In this document: in pieces, positions 23,814-36,707 of the stretch
Layout of the letters: each line of letters opens with the position of its first letter
Numbering within the stretch: position 1 is the stretch's first letter
Assembly: GCA_951406725.2 (NCBI GenBank)
Contig: OX597815.1
Coordinates: 182,156,001-182,220,000 of the forward strand
Reading direction: 5' to 3'
Length of the DNA stretch: 64,000 nucleotides
From: Octopus vulgaris
Lineage: Eukaryota
The notes under the pieces: model-generated
Database searches by the model: none
What the model was told of the DNA's origin: nothing
What the model saw: only the letters and a program-made list of their open reading frames with translations
Made by a program: the position numbers and the translations under genes

Positions 23814-24289
23814 AGGTCACTCGTTCCTAACTATTCAAATATGATGGAAACCCATCTACTACATCAGCTGAAATAATTAAAGCATTTTTCTTTTTCCTTT
23901 TATTACAGCTAATTTATTGTATTTCATAGCTTTTCTATTTCTTATGCACATTAAGACTATTTTTCTCTAGTGACAAATTCATGCTATGGATTTTTTAGAA
24001 AATCTTATTAGAAAAAAGACAGGAGATTCCAATAAAGAGGTCTTCGTAGATTGATGAGTTTAAAGAATTTATTTTTGCTTTGAAATATTGTTGATTGGTG
24101 TCTGTAAGATGCATGCAAAAAATTATGGGACTCGCAAGTCTATGGAGAAAAATATTGGCAAGTGGGTAACGTTTCGTCATCAACTCTGCACTAGTTCTTT
24201 CGATGTAGTTAACTATTGTTTTGTGTGTAGTAATAGTACGACTCCAGATATCACAGAATTATTCCTGTATAGGTTGGTCTCACTTTTTT

Positions 24290-24680
24290 CCTCTAGTTTC
24301 AGCTCAGAGCTGTGGCTATGCTGATGCACCGCCGTTTTGTGCTACACTGTTATTACTAAGAGCCTTCTCTAATATGTGGCACTTGGTGAATCATGGAGTT
24401 TGATATAGCTACCCTCATTTGCACCTCTTGCCGTGAGATAGGTTCATCTGGGACTCTCGACAGGAAGAGGTCCAGTTTTGATTTAAAAACCCCTACATGT
24501 ACTTTGTGCAAGTTCCTCAGACTCTTTAGGAGAATATTAAAAAGCTGTGGGCCCTTGAAACACAGGCTGTTGCAGTAACTGTTCCTGAAGTGTAATGGCA
24601 TTGCTGAGACCTTTGGCACTATGCAGTGTCGTCCTGTTCTGGCATTGGTGTAGCTTCCAATGCCAAAATTTGGCGTTATC
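24290..24680 (-). mobile_element. CR1-group LINE 3' end
   Basis: NSLCFKGPQLFNILLKSLRN...FKSKLDLFLSRVPDEP resembles the CR1/L2 ORF2 C-terminus; terminal CTCTAGTTTCAGCTCAGAGCTG recurs at about 38379. Confidence 0.7.
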
Positions 24681-26097
24681 GAAGGTCATTATCGAAGATC
24701 AACGATAAAGTTTCTTCAAAAGGTAAACTCTAGAAAGTTAGTTCTTTAATACGGTGAGATTTATATTCACACTCAGCATCAGATGCTGATCGAATTCAAA
24801 AGGTAAAAACAGAAAATAAATAAAATTTCACTACTTTGCAATTATAAATATAGAGATTTTAATAAAATGGCATAACTAATTGATTTTAGAGTTACAATTT
24901 AATTCAATTGGACTTTTTGGTTTAATTTTAATTTGACTGAATTTAATTACAATTCAAGAATGAATTTATATTATATTTTTTCTTGGAATACTTCTGAATT
25001 TCATCACTAGAAATGCGGTTTAGATTTAGTTGAAATTAAGTTGTACTGTATCAACAATTTTAATTATTTATTTGATGCTAAATGAAATTATGCTCAGTGT
25101 GCATTGACAAGTTAAATTGAGTTAAACACAGTTACGATGAATTTGAAACTCGTAATTGAGCCATAGAAAATTAGGAAGATTTAACATCGAAGAAGTAAAT
25201 TGCATTATAAATATTTTCAAAAAGAATCTACTGAATTGATGAGCAGTTTATCTAATAACCATTTGCTTTAATATTTAGTTGCATCTAAAGATTACTAACC
25301 CATACATGTTGTTATCTTTTATTAATACTTGAAATTCTATCACATATGTAAGCATAAACATAAATGACACGCATATAAAGATGGTTTGATAAATAGATGA
25401 ATGTATACGTGTATGTGCACATGCAGGTATATGCACATCTATATACTTATCAAAAAAGAAAGAGAGAGAGAGAAGAGAGAGAGATATATATATCTGCTGA
25501 ACACTGACATAAAATATTTTCAATTTACTAACGTCTGCAGTAAAGAGAATCATGTTCTTGCTAAAAAAATACGCAACGTGCAAATTGCAAGAAGAGCAGC
25601 CTTCAAGTAAATAGCGTAACTGCTATAGACACTGGGACAATCCTCACAGTTTAATACAAGGAGGACTGGAGGAACATGCCTCTCAAAATCTCTTTAAGAT
25701 ATGCGAAAACAATATACCCGACATAGGTATCTTGGACTTGACACCAAATTATGTACAGCTATAGATATATACTCTGTAGTGGGGGAAACAATTTTATGTA
25801 AGACCAATAACGAAAAGAACATTTATGACCAGCAGCTTCTAAGTTATAACTTCTCTACTATGATTATGCATTCACGGATGTCTCATTTATTTAGTACACT
25901 CATTCTTGCTAGTAAATGTTGAAGAAATAATCTAACGATTAACCATTTAAAATACTTTGATAGGTTTCGGCCAGTATTAGCCCAGGCCATGTCTAACTTA
26001 ATAGCACTTAATATACTCCAAAAATTTAGTCATTTCAAGCTGAATAGTAAAAACGATAAAAAGTATTTTTTAAAGTGTAATATGTTGTTTTTGCGAA

Positions 26098-26524
26098 GGC
26101 GGCGAGCTGGCAGAAACGTTAGCACGCCGGGCGAAATGCTTAGCGGTATTTTGCCTGCCATTACGTTCTGAGTTCAAATTCCACCGAGGTCGAATTTGCC
26201 TTTCATCCTTTTGGGGTTGATAAATTAAGTACCAGTTACGCACTAGGGTCGATGTAATCGACTTAATCCGTTTGTCTGTCCTTGTTTGTCCCCCCTGTGT
26301 TTAGCCCCTTGTGAGCATTAAAGAAATAAGAAACGTTAGCACGCCAGGAGAAATGCTTAGCGGTATTTCTTCAGTCTTTACGTTCTAAGTTCAAATTCCG
26401 CCGAGGTCGAATTTGCCTTTCATCCTTTCAGGGTCGATGAATTAAGTACCATTTGCATACTGGGGTAGATCTAATCGACTGCTCCCTCCTCCAAAATTTC
26501 GGGCTTTTTGCCTAGAGTAGAAAA
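26098..26524 (+). mobile_element. SINE family A heterodimer
   Basis: Same two-tail layout as 2431; TSD AATATGTTGTTT(T/C)TGC. Confidence 0.85.
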
Positions 26525-26624
26525 AAATATGTTGTTTCTGCTGTATAGCAGCTATAAAGAATTCTTTAAAAAACTGGACAAATGATCAAAAGTATTCAAA
26601 CCCTTACACTCTTATTATCTGCAA

Positions 26625-27012
26625 TGTTGCCGAGTAGTCTCCCAACTACATGGCTCCGGGTTTAGACCCACTATGTGGCAACTTTGACGGGTGTCTTCCA
26701 CTATAGCATCGGGCCGAACAAAACCTTGTGAGTGAATTTGGTAAACAGAAACTGAAAGAATCCCATCGTGCATATATGTGCATGTGTATGTATGTATGTG
26801 TGTGCGTTTGCGCTTGTCCCCCACCGCCGCTTGACAGCTGGTGTTGGTGTGTTTGCATCCCCTCAACGTAGCGGTTTGACAAAAGGGACCGATAGAATAA
26901 GTACCAGGCTTAAAAAGAAAATAAGACCGAGATCAATTCGTTCAATTAAAAATTCCTCAAGGCGGTGCCCCAGCATGGCCGCAGTCTGATGACTGAAACA
27001 AGTAAAACACAA
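26625..27012 (+). mobile_element. SINE family B, diverged
   Basis: GTGTCTTCCACTATAGC...CAGCATGGCCGCAGTCTGATGACTGAAACAAGTAAAA. Confidence 0.75.
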
Positions 27013-27032
27013 AAGACATTGACATATATGTC

Positions 27033-27158
27033 CTTTCCTACTCTAGGCACAAGGCCCGAAATTTTGGAGTGGGCAGTCGATTAGATTCGCCCCAGTACGC
27101 AACTGGTACTTAATTTATCGACCCCCGAAAAGATGAAAGGCAAAGTCGACCTCGGCGG
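27033..27158 (-). mobile_element. 5'-truncated SINE family A
   Basis: TSD GACATTGACATATATGT on both sides. Confidence 0.85.
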
Positions 27159-27466
27159 GACATTGACATATATGTTGTCTTTTGATATGGTAGCATCTGA
27201 CATGAGAGATATTTATTTGCTATTCCTAACAAGTTGTACAACCAGGTAGAAACCCGCGCTTTCTAACTTGGAACTTTATGACGTAACGTTATAATACAGT
27301 TGACAGATAAAGCGCAACGGGCCACGATTGAGGCCTAGATAGATGTAATTTAATTTATGGGCGTTTGTTGGGGTCTTATGTCACTCAAACGCTCCGATAC
27401 CCGCCCCCACCAGAATGCAAGAATAATAATAGTTCAACTAATGACTTTTCAGATAATGTAAAACTT

Positions 27467-27504
<38 letters not shown>

Positions 27505-28111
27505 AGAGAGACATACACAGACACATAAAAATTGTGGTATTTCTGTTAAAACATCTGACAAACAAATTAAATATATGCGACTTGTCTCTTACTGGAGTTT
27601 TCGAATTTCTACACGTGGCCCTATTTTCCTGTCAAAGAGAGAGAGGGAGAGATACAGAGAGAGAGAGAGAGAGAGTGATTTTAAAAAATGACTGATATTG
27701 GATAATACCTATTAACTATATCATTGCAAATATCAATACATTATAAATAATTATAAACTTGTTATCAATTCAAATATGCTTGATGCGTATTCGAACCTGT
27801 ACCGATTAAGCTTTAAACTAGTCATAACGATGCTTTTTCTGGTTACACAGAAAAAAAAACTTAATATTTGCTTTAACAATGTGGCAGCTAAAACTGTTGG
27901 CTCACTTAACACACACACCTGCGCGCACACACACACACACACACACTCCTGCACACACACACACAGACATATGCACACACATCTGTACACACACACACCT
28001 ATGCACACACACACGAACTCCTGGACACACACACAAATACACGATTATAAGTTGACTTTATTTGTCTAAGAGCATTGAATTTTAGCTCAATCAAGTGTCA
28101 ACCTTAATTAT

Positions 28112-28930
28112 TTATTTCTTTATTGCCCACAGGGGCATAACATAGAGGGGATAAAGAAAGACAGGAAAACGGATTAAGTCGATTACATCGACCCCAGTGC
28201 GTAACTGGTACTTATTTAATCGACCCCGAAAGGATGAAAGGCAAAGTCGACCTCGGCGGAATTTGAACTCAGAACGTAACGGCAGACGAAAGCATTTCGC
28301 CCAGCGTGCTAACGATTCTGCCAGCTCACCACCATTAATCATTACTTAACTCGTAAAGGCAGCGAGTTAGCAGAATCGTTAACGCACCGGAAAAAAATAC
28401 TTCCTGGTATTCGTTTCGGATCATTACATTCTAATTTTAAGTGTAAGGGCGCTGGCAAAATCGTTAGCAAGCCGGACGAAATACTTAGCGGCATTTCGTC
28501 CGTCTACACGTTCAGAGTTGAAATTCTGTCGGGGTTGATATTGCTCTTCATCCATTCAGGGGTCGATGAAATAAGTACCAGTTACGCACTGGGGTCGACG
28601 AAATCGATTATTCCCCTCCACAAAATTTCAGGCCTTGTGCCTACAGTAGAATAGTATCGTTAACGCATCCAAAAAAATACTTCCTGGTATTCATTCCGGT
28701 TCATTAAGTTCCAATTTTTATTTGTAAGAAAGTAGGCTGAATCGTCAGACAAAATGCTTAGCGGCATTTCATCCGTCTTCACGTTCTGAGTTGAAATTTT
28801 GTCGGGGTTGACTCTGCCTTTCATCCATTCGGGGTCGATAAAATAAGTACCAGTTGAACACTGGGGTCGATTTAATTGACTTAGCCCCTCTCCCAAATCT
28901 ACTGGCTTTGTGCCAGAACTTGAACCCTTA
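28112..28930. mobile_element. cluster of SINE family A copies (one minus, several plus)
   Basis: 28112-28332 minus; diverged plus copies from about 28357, 28447 and 28735; a segment of about 60 bp duplicated at about 28378 and 28659. Confidence 0.75.
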
Positions 28931-30304
28931 TTACTCACCTCCTGAAACCAATATAATTTTACATACATTGTTTCTATTTTATGATTCATTTTTATACATT
29001 TCCTCTCTGTAATTAATGTTTCATATGTAATAATTCATGTGTATTCATTTTTCTTTCCACTTATTTTTATACAGTAAAACTCCGTTCAGTTTTCAGGATA
29101 GAAAAAGCATTGTAAAACAGAATTTACAGCTTTGGGAGGCGGGGGTCTTCACTTTGTCTTGCAACTCATTTTGACAAATGTTGTTTTGCTATATTTTTAT
29201 TAATCACAGGACATAATTAAATCACTAAAACTTCTGACGCAGCTTGAAGGATGCACATTTCCCCATTAATCTTCAAACCAAGTGCAAAACGTTAAATCCA
29301 GCTCCATCCTTTCTGACCCCGCAAGCTTGCTATATACATTAACGTTTAACTTTTATATATATGCCTGTGTATAGCAACAAACATTAAAGGAGTGTATGTT
29401 GGTGAAATTAAGAAGTGAATTAGTCCAATTTCTTTCCATTAACTTTGACATAATACCTCAATTTTATAGGTGAAGTGGCAACATACAAATCTGAAAGGTT
29501 TAAGAAGCTTTTCAAGGAAATATTAATCATAAAAAGGTAATCTACGCAAGGAAACAAAATAATTAAAAATGAAAAGCCAATTGAATGTGAAAGTGGCAGA
29601 GTCTATGGCTACAATAATCTTCAACTCACACAGTCTTGCCCCTATGTAGATTACCTCTTCCAAGCACCAGATATCTACCTTCGGGTAGCCTATCGTGCCA
29701 AATAATGACGTGTCTCTATCACACTCTTATGACCCTCTCAGGATAATCCTGAAGCCACATCGGCGATTACACTAGTGACACGTCAATTCGTTGTTGACTT
29801 GATTATTGCTGTTAGCGACAGATCTTAGTTTACCTTATGGAACTTGGCTACGGAACCAGTGCCAAGAATGAGTGACGTAACAGCATTGCTGGTGACAGAA
29901 AATTTCCATTTAGTGGTTGTAGTAAGAGGTGAGCCAGTTGCACTGGTTCATAGCACTGCTCCGACACAAAATGATGGCTCAAGTCAGACTAAGAATGTAA
30001 AGTGTCTGACTGCTCACTCGAACCAGCATGCAACATCTTCTGCTACTGGAATTCCTCTTGATACAAAAACAGTTGCTGTTGAAGCAATCGCATCTTATTC
30101 ATTACTTCAAACAACTGTTTCTAGCAGGTTTCTACTTTTCTTCCCCTGTTTATAAAGTCACGCGGAAATGGAAGACATGTAACCAACCCAGGCTCAGGAT
30201 ACTGGTTGAAAGTCTCTACGGCGTAATCTGCACATAGACGACAAACAAAAGTCGGCTACCCAGCAATGTATGCAGAGTAAACACATTATTCTGGAGCTTT
30301 ATTA

Positions 30305-30534
30305 AGGCGGCGAGCTGGCAGAAACGTTAGCACGCCGGGTGAAATACTTAGCGGTATTTCGTCTGCCGTTACGTTCTGAGCTCAAATTCCACCGAGGTCA
30401 ACTTTGCCTTTCATCCTTTCGAGGTTGATAAATTAAGTACTAGTTACGCACTGGGGTCGATGTAATCGACTTAATCCGTTTGTCTGTCCTTGCTTGTCCT
30501 CTCTATGTTTAGCCCCTTGTGGGCAATAAAGAAA
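30305..30534 (+). mobile_element. SINE family A monomer
   Basis: Full-length match to family A. Confidence 0.85.
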
Positions 30535-31201
30535 TGTTCAACCGGCACTTATCATATCGACGCTGAATGGATGAAAGGCGAAGTCGACCTCCACGGAAGA
30601 TGTATACAAAACCTTAAGGAGGTATTCTGAATCTAAGGCTTATTATTCGGTAAAGATATTAATAGCTTGTTTTAATTGCCCCTGCTATACGTGGATTGAA
30701 TACTGGGCGGATCACGCCATATATTTTACGTTTAAATATTCGTATTTCTCTTCATCTCCAGTTTGTTGACGTAAACTAAATATGACACTAAGGATAATAT
30801 TATCAATGCAAGCGAAAGATAGCTCGTCAAAGCTAGCAAATAGTAAAATTTTTATTTTCCTGAACTTCAACTAAGCTAAATGATGATTGAAATATTTAGA
30901 ATGTCGGACAAGACTCTGCCAGTAAAAATAAATATTTAAAAATAATATTAGATACATTCATACTATCAACAAATTAAAATCAAAAGTTGTTTAAGAAATC
31001 CATAAACCATATCTTTCTGACGGAAAAAATAAGTACATAATCGTCACGGAGAGAGTCCTTTATCAGGTAATTTTCTACAAGGATGTATTTAACCTCGGTT
31101 ACAATTTTAACAGAAGTTTCGAACACACCAAATTGAATGGTAGAACTATAAAGTGCAGAAGATATACTTGGATGAAAACAAGCTGCAGGAGTTCTTCGAT
31201 G

Positions 31202-31281
<80 letters not shown>

Positions 31282-31427
31282 GCGCTTTGACTGCTATTTC
31301 TAATATTTTCGGTATGTGGTTTAAGCAACTTGTTGCAAAAAAGCTTTATTATTATAATTATGATCTCGTGTGTACCGTTAACGATTTTTTTCCTGTCTTC
31401 CCTTCTCTGGATCTTTCCTTCTCCTAT

Positions 31428-31462
31428 GTTTCCGACGAAGAGCTCCGCTCGAAACGTTAAAC
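31428..31462 (+). ncRNA. minimal hammerhead motif (CCGACGA core)
   Basis: GTTT-CCGACGA-A-GAGC-TCC-GCTC-GAAA-CG-TT-AAAC within a fragment of about 190 bp (31370-31553) ending in (TA)n. Confidence 0.65.
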
Positions 31463-31550
31463 CCTTCTTCTTTCCTGAGCGTCCAATAATGCTATATTTG
31501 TTCCACGTCCTCGCGTTATTGTGTTTTTTGTGCTTTCTTGTTTGGATTAA

Positions 31551-31554
<4 letters not shown>

Positions 31555-31603
<49 letters not shown>

Positions 31604-31654
31604 ATATATATATATGTGTGTGTGTATATATATATGTGTGTGTATATATATATA

Positions 31655-31685
<31 letters not shown>

Positions 31686-31792
31686 GTGTGTATATATATA
31701 TATATGTGTGTATATATATATATATGTGTGTATATATACATATATATGTGTATATATATATATATGTGTGTATATATATATATATGTGTGTG

Positions 31793-31839
<47 letters not shown>
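31555..31839. repeat. compound (TA)n(TG)n microsatellite
   Basis: Direct reading. Confidence 0.95.
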
Positions 31840-31841
<2 letters not shown>

Positions 31842-32152
31842 AGGCACAATGGCCCAGTTGTTAGGGCAGCGAACTCGCAGTCGCAGGATCGCGGTTTCGA
31901 TTCCCAGACCGGGCATTATGAGTGTTTATTGAGCGAAAACACCTAAAAAGCTCCACAAGGCTCCGGCAGGGTGTGGTGGCGATCTCTGTTGTACTCTTTC
32001 ACCATGACATTCTATCACTCTTTCTTCTGTTGGCCTGCTCGCTCAGCCAGCGGGGTGGCGTCATTTGAAGGCTAAAACAATGCGAAGCACATTGTGACCA
32101 GCGATGTGTAGCAACATCTGATAGCCTGGTCGGTCACGGTGATCACGGTGAT
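31840..32152 (+). mobile_element. SINE family C
   Basis: tRNA-like head plus tail ending GGTCGGTCACGGTGATCACGGTGA. Confidence 0.8.
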
Positions 32153-32164
32153 ATATCTATGTAT

Positions 32165-32385
32165 GTGTGTCTTTTGTCTGTGCTTGTCCCCTATCATCGC
32201 TTGACAACCGGTGTTGGTGTGTCTACGTCCCCGTAATCTGTCGGTTAGGCAAAAAGGGGCCGATAGAATAAGTACTAGGCTTTAACAAAATAAGTCCTGG
32301 GGTCGATTTGTTCGACTAAAACCCGTAAAGGCTGTGCTCCAGCTGACCGCAGTCAAATGACTGAAACAATTAAAAGAATAAAAGA
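32165..32385 (+). mobile_element. SINE family B 3' half
   Basis: TTGACAACCGGTGTTGGTG...CAGTCAAATGACTGAAAC. Confidence 0.75.
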
Positions 32386-32427
32386 ATATAGACATGCAGG
32401 AAGAGAGAGAGAGAGAGAGAGAGAATA

Positions 32428-32820
32428 TATTTCTTTATTGCCCACAAGGGGCTAAATGTAGAGGGGACAAACAAGGACAGACAAAACGGATTAAGTCGAT
32501 TAGATCGACCCCAGTGCGAAACTGGTACTTTATTTATCGACCCCGAAAGGATGAAAAGCAAAGTCGACCTCGGCGGAATTTGAACTCAGAACGTAGCGGC
32601 ACACGAAATACTTATTTCTTTACTACCCACAAGAGGCTAAACACAGAGAGGACAAACAAGAAAAGACAAACGGATTAAGTCGATTATATCGACTCCAGTG
32701 CGTAAATGGTACTTATTTAATCGATCCCGAAAGGATGAAAGGCAAAGTTGAACGTAGCGGCAGACGAAATACCGATAAGCATTTCGCCCGGCGTGCAAAC
32801 GTTTCTACCAGCTCGCGGCC
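32428..32820 (-). mobile_element. SINE family A dimer
   Basis: Two family A bodies with one head. Confidence 0.85.
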
Positions 32821-33499
32821 AAGAGAAAGAGAGAGAGAGGGAGAGAGAATAGTATTGGCTGCTGTGTATGTAATACAATGAGTAAAGTAGTCAGCTAGAA
32901 AGTGATAGACATGTTGTTCTTTCGTCGTTTTCGTACTCTCTGCGAAACAAAAACATCTGGTGCAGCAACAATATTAATTACCTTTTGTAGTTCCACTGTT
33001 GGCAGTTTGTACACAATATTCCGTTCTTACAACCTCTCTTCCTACACATTCATCAATGTCACTTTCACCAAAGGCCATTTTTCATGAATTTAAATCTTGC
33101 CAAACTGACTTTAAGCAAACTTTTACAACACCTGCTTGTTCATAAACCAAACTGCCGTTTGTTCCAATCAATTATAATATTTAAAAAAGAATATCTTTCT
33201 TAAGACTATTTTTAGCTTTCTTTCTGAAGCATCGCACATGCACCACTCTGTAGTGGCTGTATAAAAAATTTCAGTTCATTGATAACGACCTAAAGTTTGA
33301 TATAACTATTGGCTACACTTTTGTATAATCAATTAGATTTATGGTCACAGTGACAGCTAAATTAAAGCTTAATTCCATTGATTATTTTGAAAATCCAAAG
33401 GAAGAGATAAGTATATTCGAGAAGATGCTTTACGAAAATTGCTAAAATTGTTTATGTATTGTAAAATTTCATATTTTACTTTTACACAAACTAGTGATA

Positions 33500-33652
33500 C
33501 ATTATCTACATTATTTACATTTGACAGATATTTGTCCTCATCTTGTTTGTTGTTAACACAATGTTTCAGCTGATATACCCTCCAGCCTTCATCAGGTATG
33601 TTGGGGAAATTTCGAACCTGGGTTCTCATTTCTAAGGTATTTTACGATGTTG

Positions 33653-33655
<3 letters not shown>
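33500..33655 (-). mobile_element. family H tail with hammerhead (CpG-decayed)
   Basis: CTGATGAAGGCTGGAGGGTATATCAGCTGAAACATTGTGTT at 33555-33600. Confidence 0.75.
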
Positions 33656-33699
<44 letters not shown>

Positions 33700-34144
33700 G
33701 TCATTTACTTTTAATCTGCATGTTTGATACAATCACCTGCCGGGGCACACCCAGCGCCCTAGGGCAAGTGAAGGTTAAGAGTTGTTGAAATATAGCTGAA
33801 AGCTTGGGGAGGGGAAGTAGAGAAATATCTCCATGTAATACAAACACAAACATTTACATTGATAGGGTTTTTCTAAGGATGTGGGCAGTACTTGTTAGCA
33901 CAATCTTTTGGATTTCCTTGAGACATGGTTTTCCAGGGATATTGTCTAGGTGTTTCTGACATCCCTTTTTTATCATACCTAGGGCACCTACAATAACAGG
34001 AACAGTTTTTGTTTTAAGATTCCACGTCCTCTGTATTTCGATTTCCAGGTCCTTATATTTACTAAGTTTGTCAAATTCCTTGACAGATACATTTTTATCA
34101 GTGGGGACGCTTACTTCTATTAGTCTGCAGGTATTTTCTTCCCT
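33700..34144 (-). mobile_element. R4/Dong-type non-LTR retrotransposon 3' end (restriction-like endonuclease)
   Basis: Open frame TCRLIEVSVPTDKNVSVKEFDKLSKYKDLEIEIQRTWNLKTKTVPVIVGALGMIK...STAHILRKTLSM* (stop 33854-33856); (TAA)n on both sides. Confidence 0.85.
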
Positions 34145-34191
34145 TAATTATTATTATTATTATTATTATTAATATTATTATTATTATTATT

Positions 34192-34372
34192 CAGTTCTAT
34201 ATTTAAGAGATGAGGAATCATGTACATTATTTACAGTTGACGGATATTTGTCCTCATCTTGTTTGTTGTTAACACAACGTTTCGGCTGATATACCCTCCA
34301 GCCTTCATCAGGTGTCTTGGGTGAAATTTAGAACCTGGGTTCTCATTCCTAAGGTATTTTTCGATGTTATTA
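34192..34372 (-). mobile_element. family H tail
   Basis: Near-identical to 5267-5450. Confidence 0.8.
34271..34316 (-). ncRNA. minimal type I hammerhead ribozyme motif, intact core
   Basis: GACAC-CTGATGA-A-GGCTGG-AGGGTATA-TCAGCC-GAAA-CG-TT-GTGTT; loopless palindromic stem III (ACGT). Confidence 0.8.
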
Positions 34373-34377
34373 TTATC

Positions 34378-34553
34378 GAGAGAGCAGTGCATGACATCAA
34401 AGTGAAACTGGGGTAAAAAATACAAAGCCCAGTATACCCATCATGACAACTCGTCTGATAAGAGTACAACAGGCACATGCATCGCAACCATATGTGCACG
34501 ACATGGTGATCTCATATCAAGATAAACAGCACATGACCTTGCAGGTGGGACCC
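34378..34553. mobile_element. unclassified short interspersed element inserted in (TAA)n
   Basis: Sharp-edged higher-GC block interrupting the (TTA)n linker of family H. Confidence 0.45.
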
Positions 34554-34572
34554 TATTATTATTATTATTATA

Positions 34573-34608
<36 letters not shown>

Positions 34609-34612
<4 letters not shown>

Positions 34613-34790
34613 TCACTGCTTGGAATCGAACCCAGGTTCGAAATTTCCCCAAGACTCTTGATGGAGGGTATATCAGCCGAAACTGATATTGTTAACAGTT
34701 GTGTTAACAGCAAACAAGCTGAGGGCAAATATCCATCAATTGTAAATAATGTAAATAATGTACATAATTCCTCATCTCTTAAATATAGAA
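34609..34790 (+). mobile_element. family H partial head plus inverted tail
   Basis: CAGGTCACTGCTTGGAATCGAAC (minus-sense head) switches at GAAC to the plus-sense tail CCAGGTTCGAAATTTCCCC...CTCTTAAATATAGAA; hammerhead core disrupted. Confidence 0.7.
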
Positions 34791-34841
34791 GTGTACAAAC
34801 TAGTAATATTTTAAAAGTGATTGATCAAAGAGAAGAGCATT

Positions 34842-34906
<65 letters not shown>

Positions 34907-35616
34907 GAAACAATTATGTAAAAATAGAAGACTAAAAAGAGATATGTTGAATAGGGGCATACAAAACAGTGCCCTTGATTGGATTTTTTCCAGCTAATTA
35001 TTTTAGTTGATGTAGAGCCTAGAGGGATTCCGTCCAGTATATTGATTGCTGAATACAAATTAATAAACAAAAAAAAAAAAAACCACTAAACTCATAGAAG
35101 AGAAACGAAACAGAATTTGGCCTAGTTTCATATTCAGAACATTGGCAAAATCCGAAAAATCTGATTGCAATTAAAATATATAAAACACCCACATTAATAC
35201 AGATTATGTGATGCATTAGAATAAAATGATAATACGGATATTAACTAAGAAATAAATAATTTCCATTATTACCTAATTGCTTAATTACTTCAGACTGACC
35301 GCAGATAACCCAAAGAAAATAATGAATGGAATTCTAGAGGAAGAAATATTTCCCCATGGGAATATTCATGGTATTGCTGCTAAGAAATTTTTCATTAACT
35401 AAACCTCTTTACTGCCGTTTTTGCAAACTATAAGACTTAATGTCACCTCCCTAAAGAATTATTCCTGGCAGTTTCTCTCTAGTAATTTGCGTGTTTCAAT
35501 ATAGAAATTATTATTTTTGTGTCTTGTACTATTATAAAACTTTCACTCGGTTTGCACGACGCACGATTTCACTTTAACACAGTTCTGGATTGGGTGAAAA
35601 TTAATTTTATTTTTTA

Positions 35617-35980
35617 CTAGCAGTATCGCCCGGCGTTGCTTGGTTTTGTAAGGGAAATAACTATATAAGCATTTTTAGAGAGTTATAGCCAAAAAATAGC
35701 AAAAATTGCATTAAAAATGGGAAAAAAATTATGGTAAATTTTTTTTTAAATCGTTGACTCATCGTAGACATTTTTAGAGAGTTACTTCCCTTATATAGTA
35801 GCGAAAAAAATGCATTAAAATGGAAAAAAATGCTGGTAAATTTTTTTTAATCGTAGACTCACCGTAGACGCGCGCTAATACCCAGAAGGGCTCGATATGA
35901 ATCACGACTATAAATGTGAGAGTAGTTAGGAATCTAAATCGTAGGAGACAGACACACAACTTCACTTTTATATATAAAGA
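35617..35980 (-). mobile_element. non-autonomous Helitron
   Basis: 5' TC(TTTATATATAAA), 3' hairpin followed by CTAG, located between A and T with no TSD. Confidence 0.8.
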
Positions 35981-36201
35981 TTATACGCAAAGTTGAATCA
36001 CTTCTTTGACTTTGTCGTTTCAGCTTTCACTTTATTTTATTTTACTTCGATATTTGAACAGAACTTACTTTCTTACCTGACTCTGAAATAGCTCTCTCAG
36101 CTAAAGGCTCAAGAAAATTTCCCCATTGTTGAGGAAGCTTCTGGTCGTTTAAGTCGAATTCAAACACAAATGAACAAACCTATAAGCAGAATCGCTTGAT
36201 A

Positions 36202-36707
36202 TCTATATATATAAAACTCTAGTTGTGTGAGTGTCTGTCCCCTTCGATTTAGATTCCTAACACCTCCCACATTTTGCGGTGCAGTTTAACCAAATTCGGG
36301 TATCTTATAGTCGTGATTCATATCGAGCCCGTCTGACTATTAGCGCGCGTCAACGATGAGTCTACGATTTTAAAAATAATTTAACATCATTTTTTATTCC
36401 ATTTTAATGCATAAAATGCATCGTATGTCGATGGCTGCGGAGTTGGCGTCCACGCTCACAGCTGCACCTGTTTGCTTCTCCCCCTTCCCTCCCTCGTGAA
36501 GCTGTGGGGAAGGGAGTGTAAAGAAATCAACGTCGTAATGCGTTGTGAAGGAAACCAGCGTTCTTTTAGAACAACGACTTCATGGCTTGAAGACACCAAA
36601 ACAAAAATGGCTAAGAAAGCCCGAATTTATAAGGGAAGTAACTCTCTAAAAATGCTTATATAGTTATTTCCCTTACAAACCCGAGCAACGCCGGGCGATA
36701 CTGCTAG
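36202..36707 (+). mobile_element. non-autonomous Helitron
   Basis: A|TCTATATATATAAAA ... CCCGAGCAACGCCGGG-CGATACTG-CTAG. Confidence 0.8.

Noticed and set aside
32880-33100. Minus-strand KWP...NGILCTNCQQWNYKR resembling the Cys-rich insert of some RTE elements
   Set aside because: Too decayed and frameshifted to call with confidence
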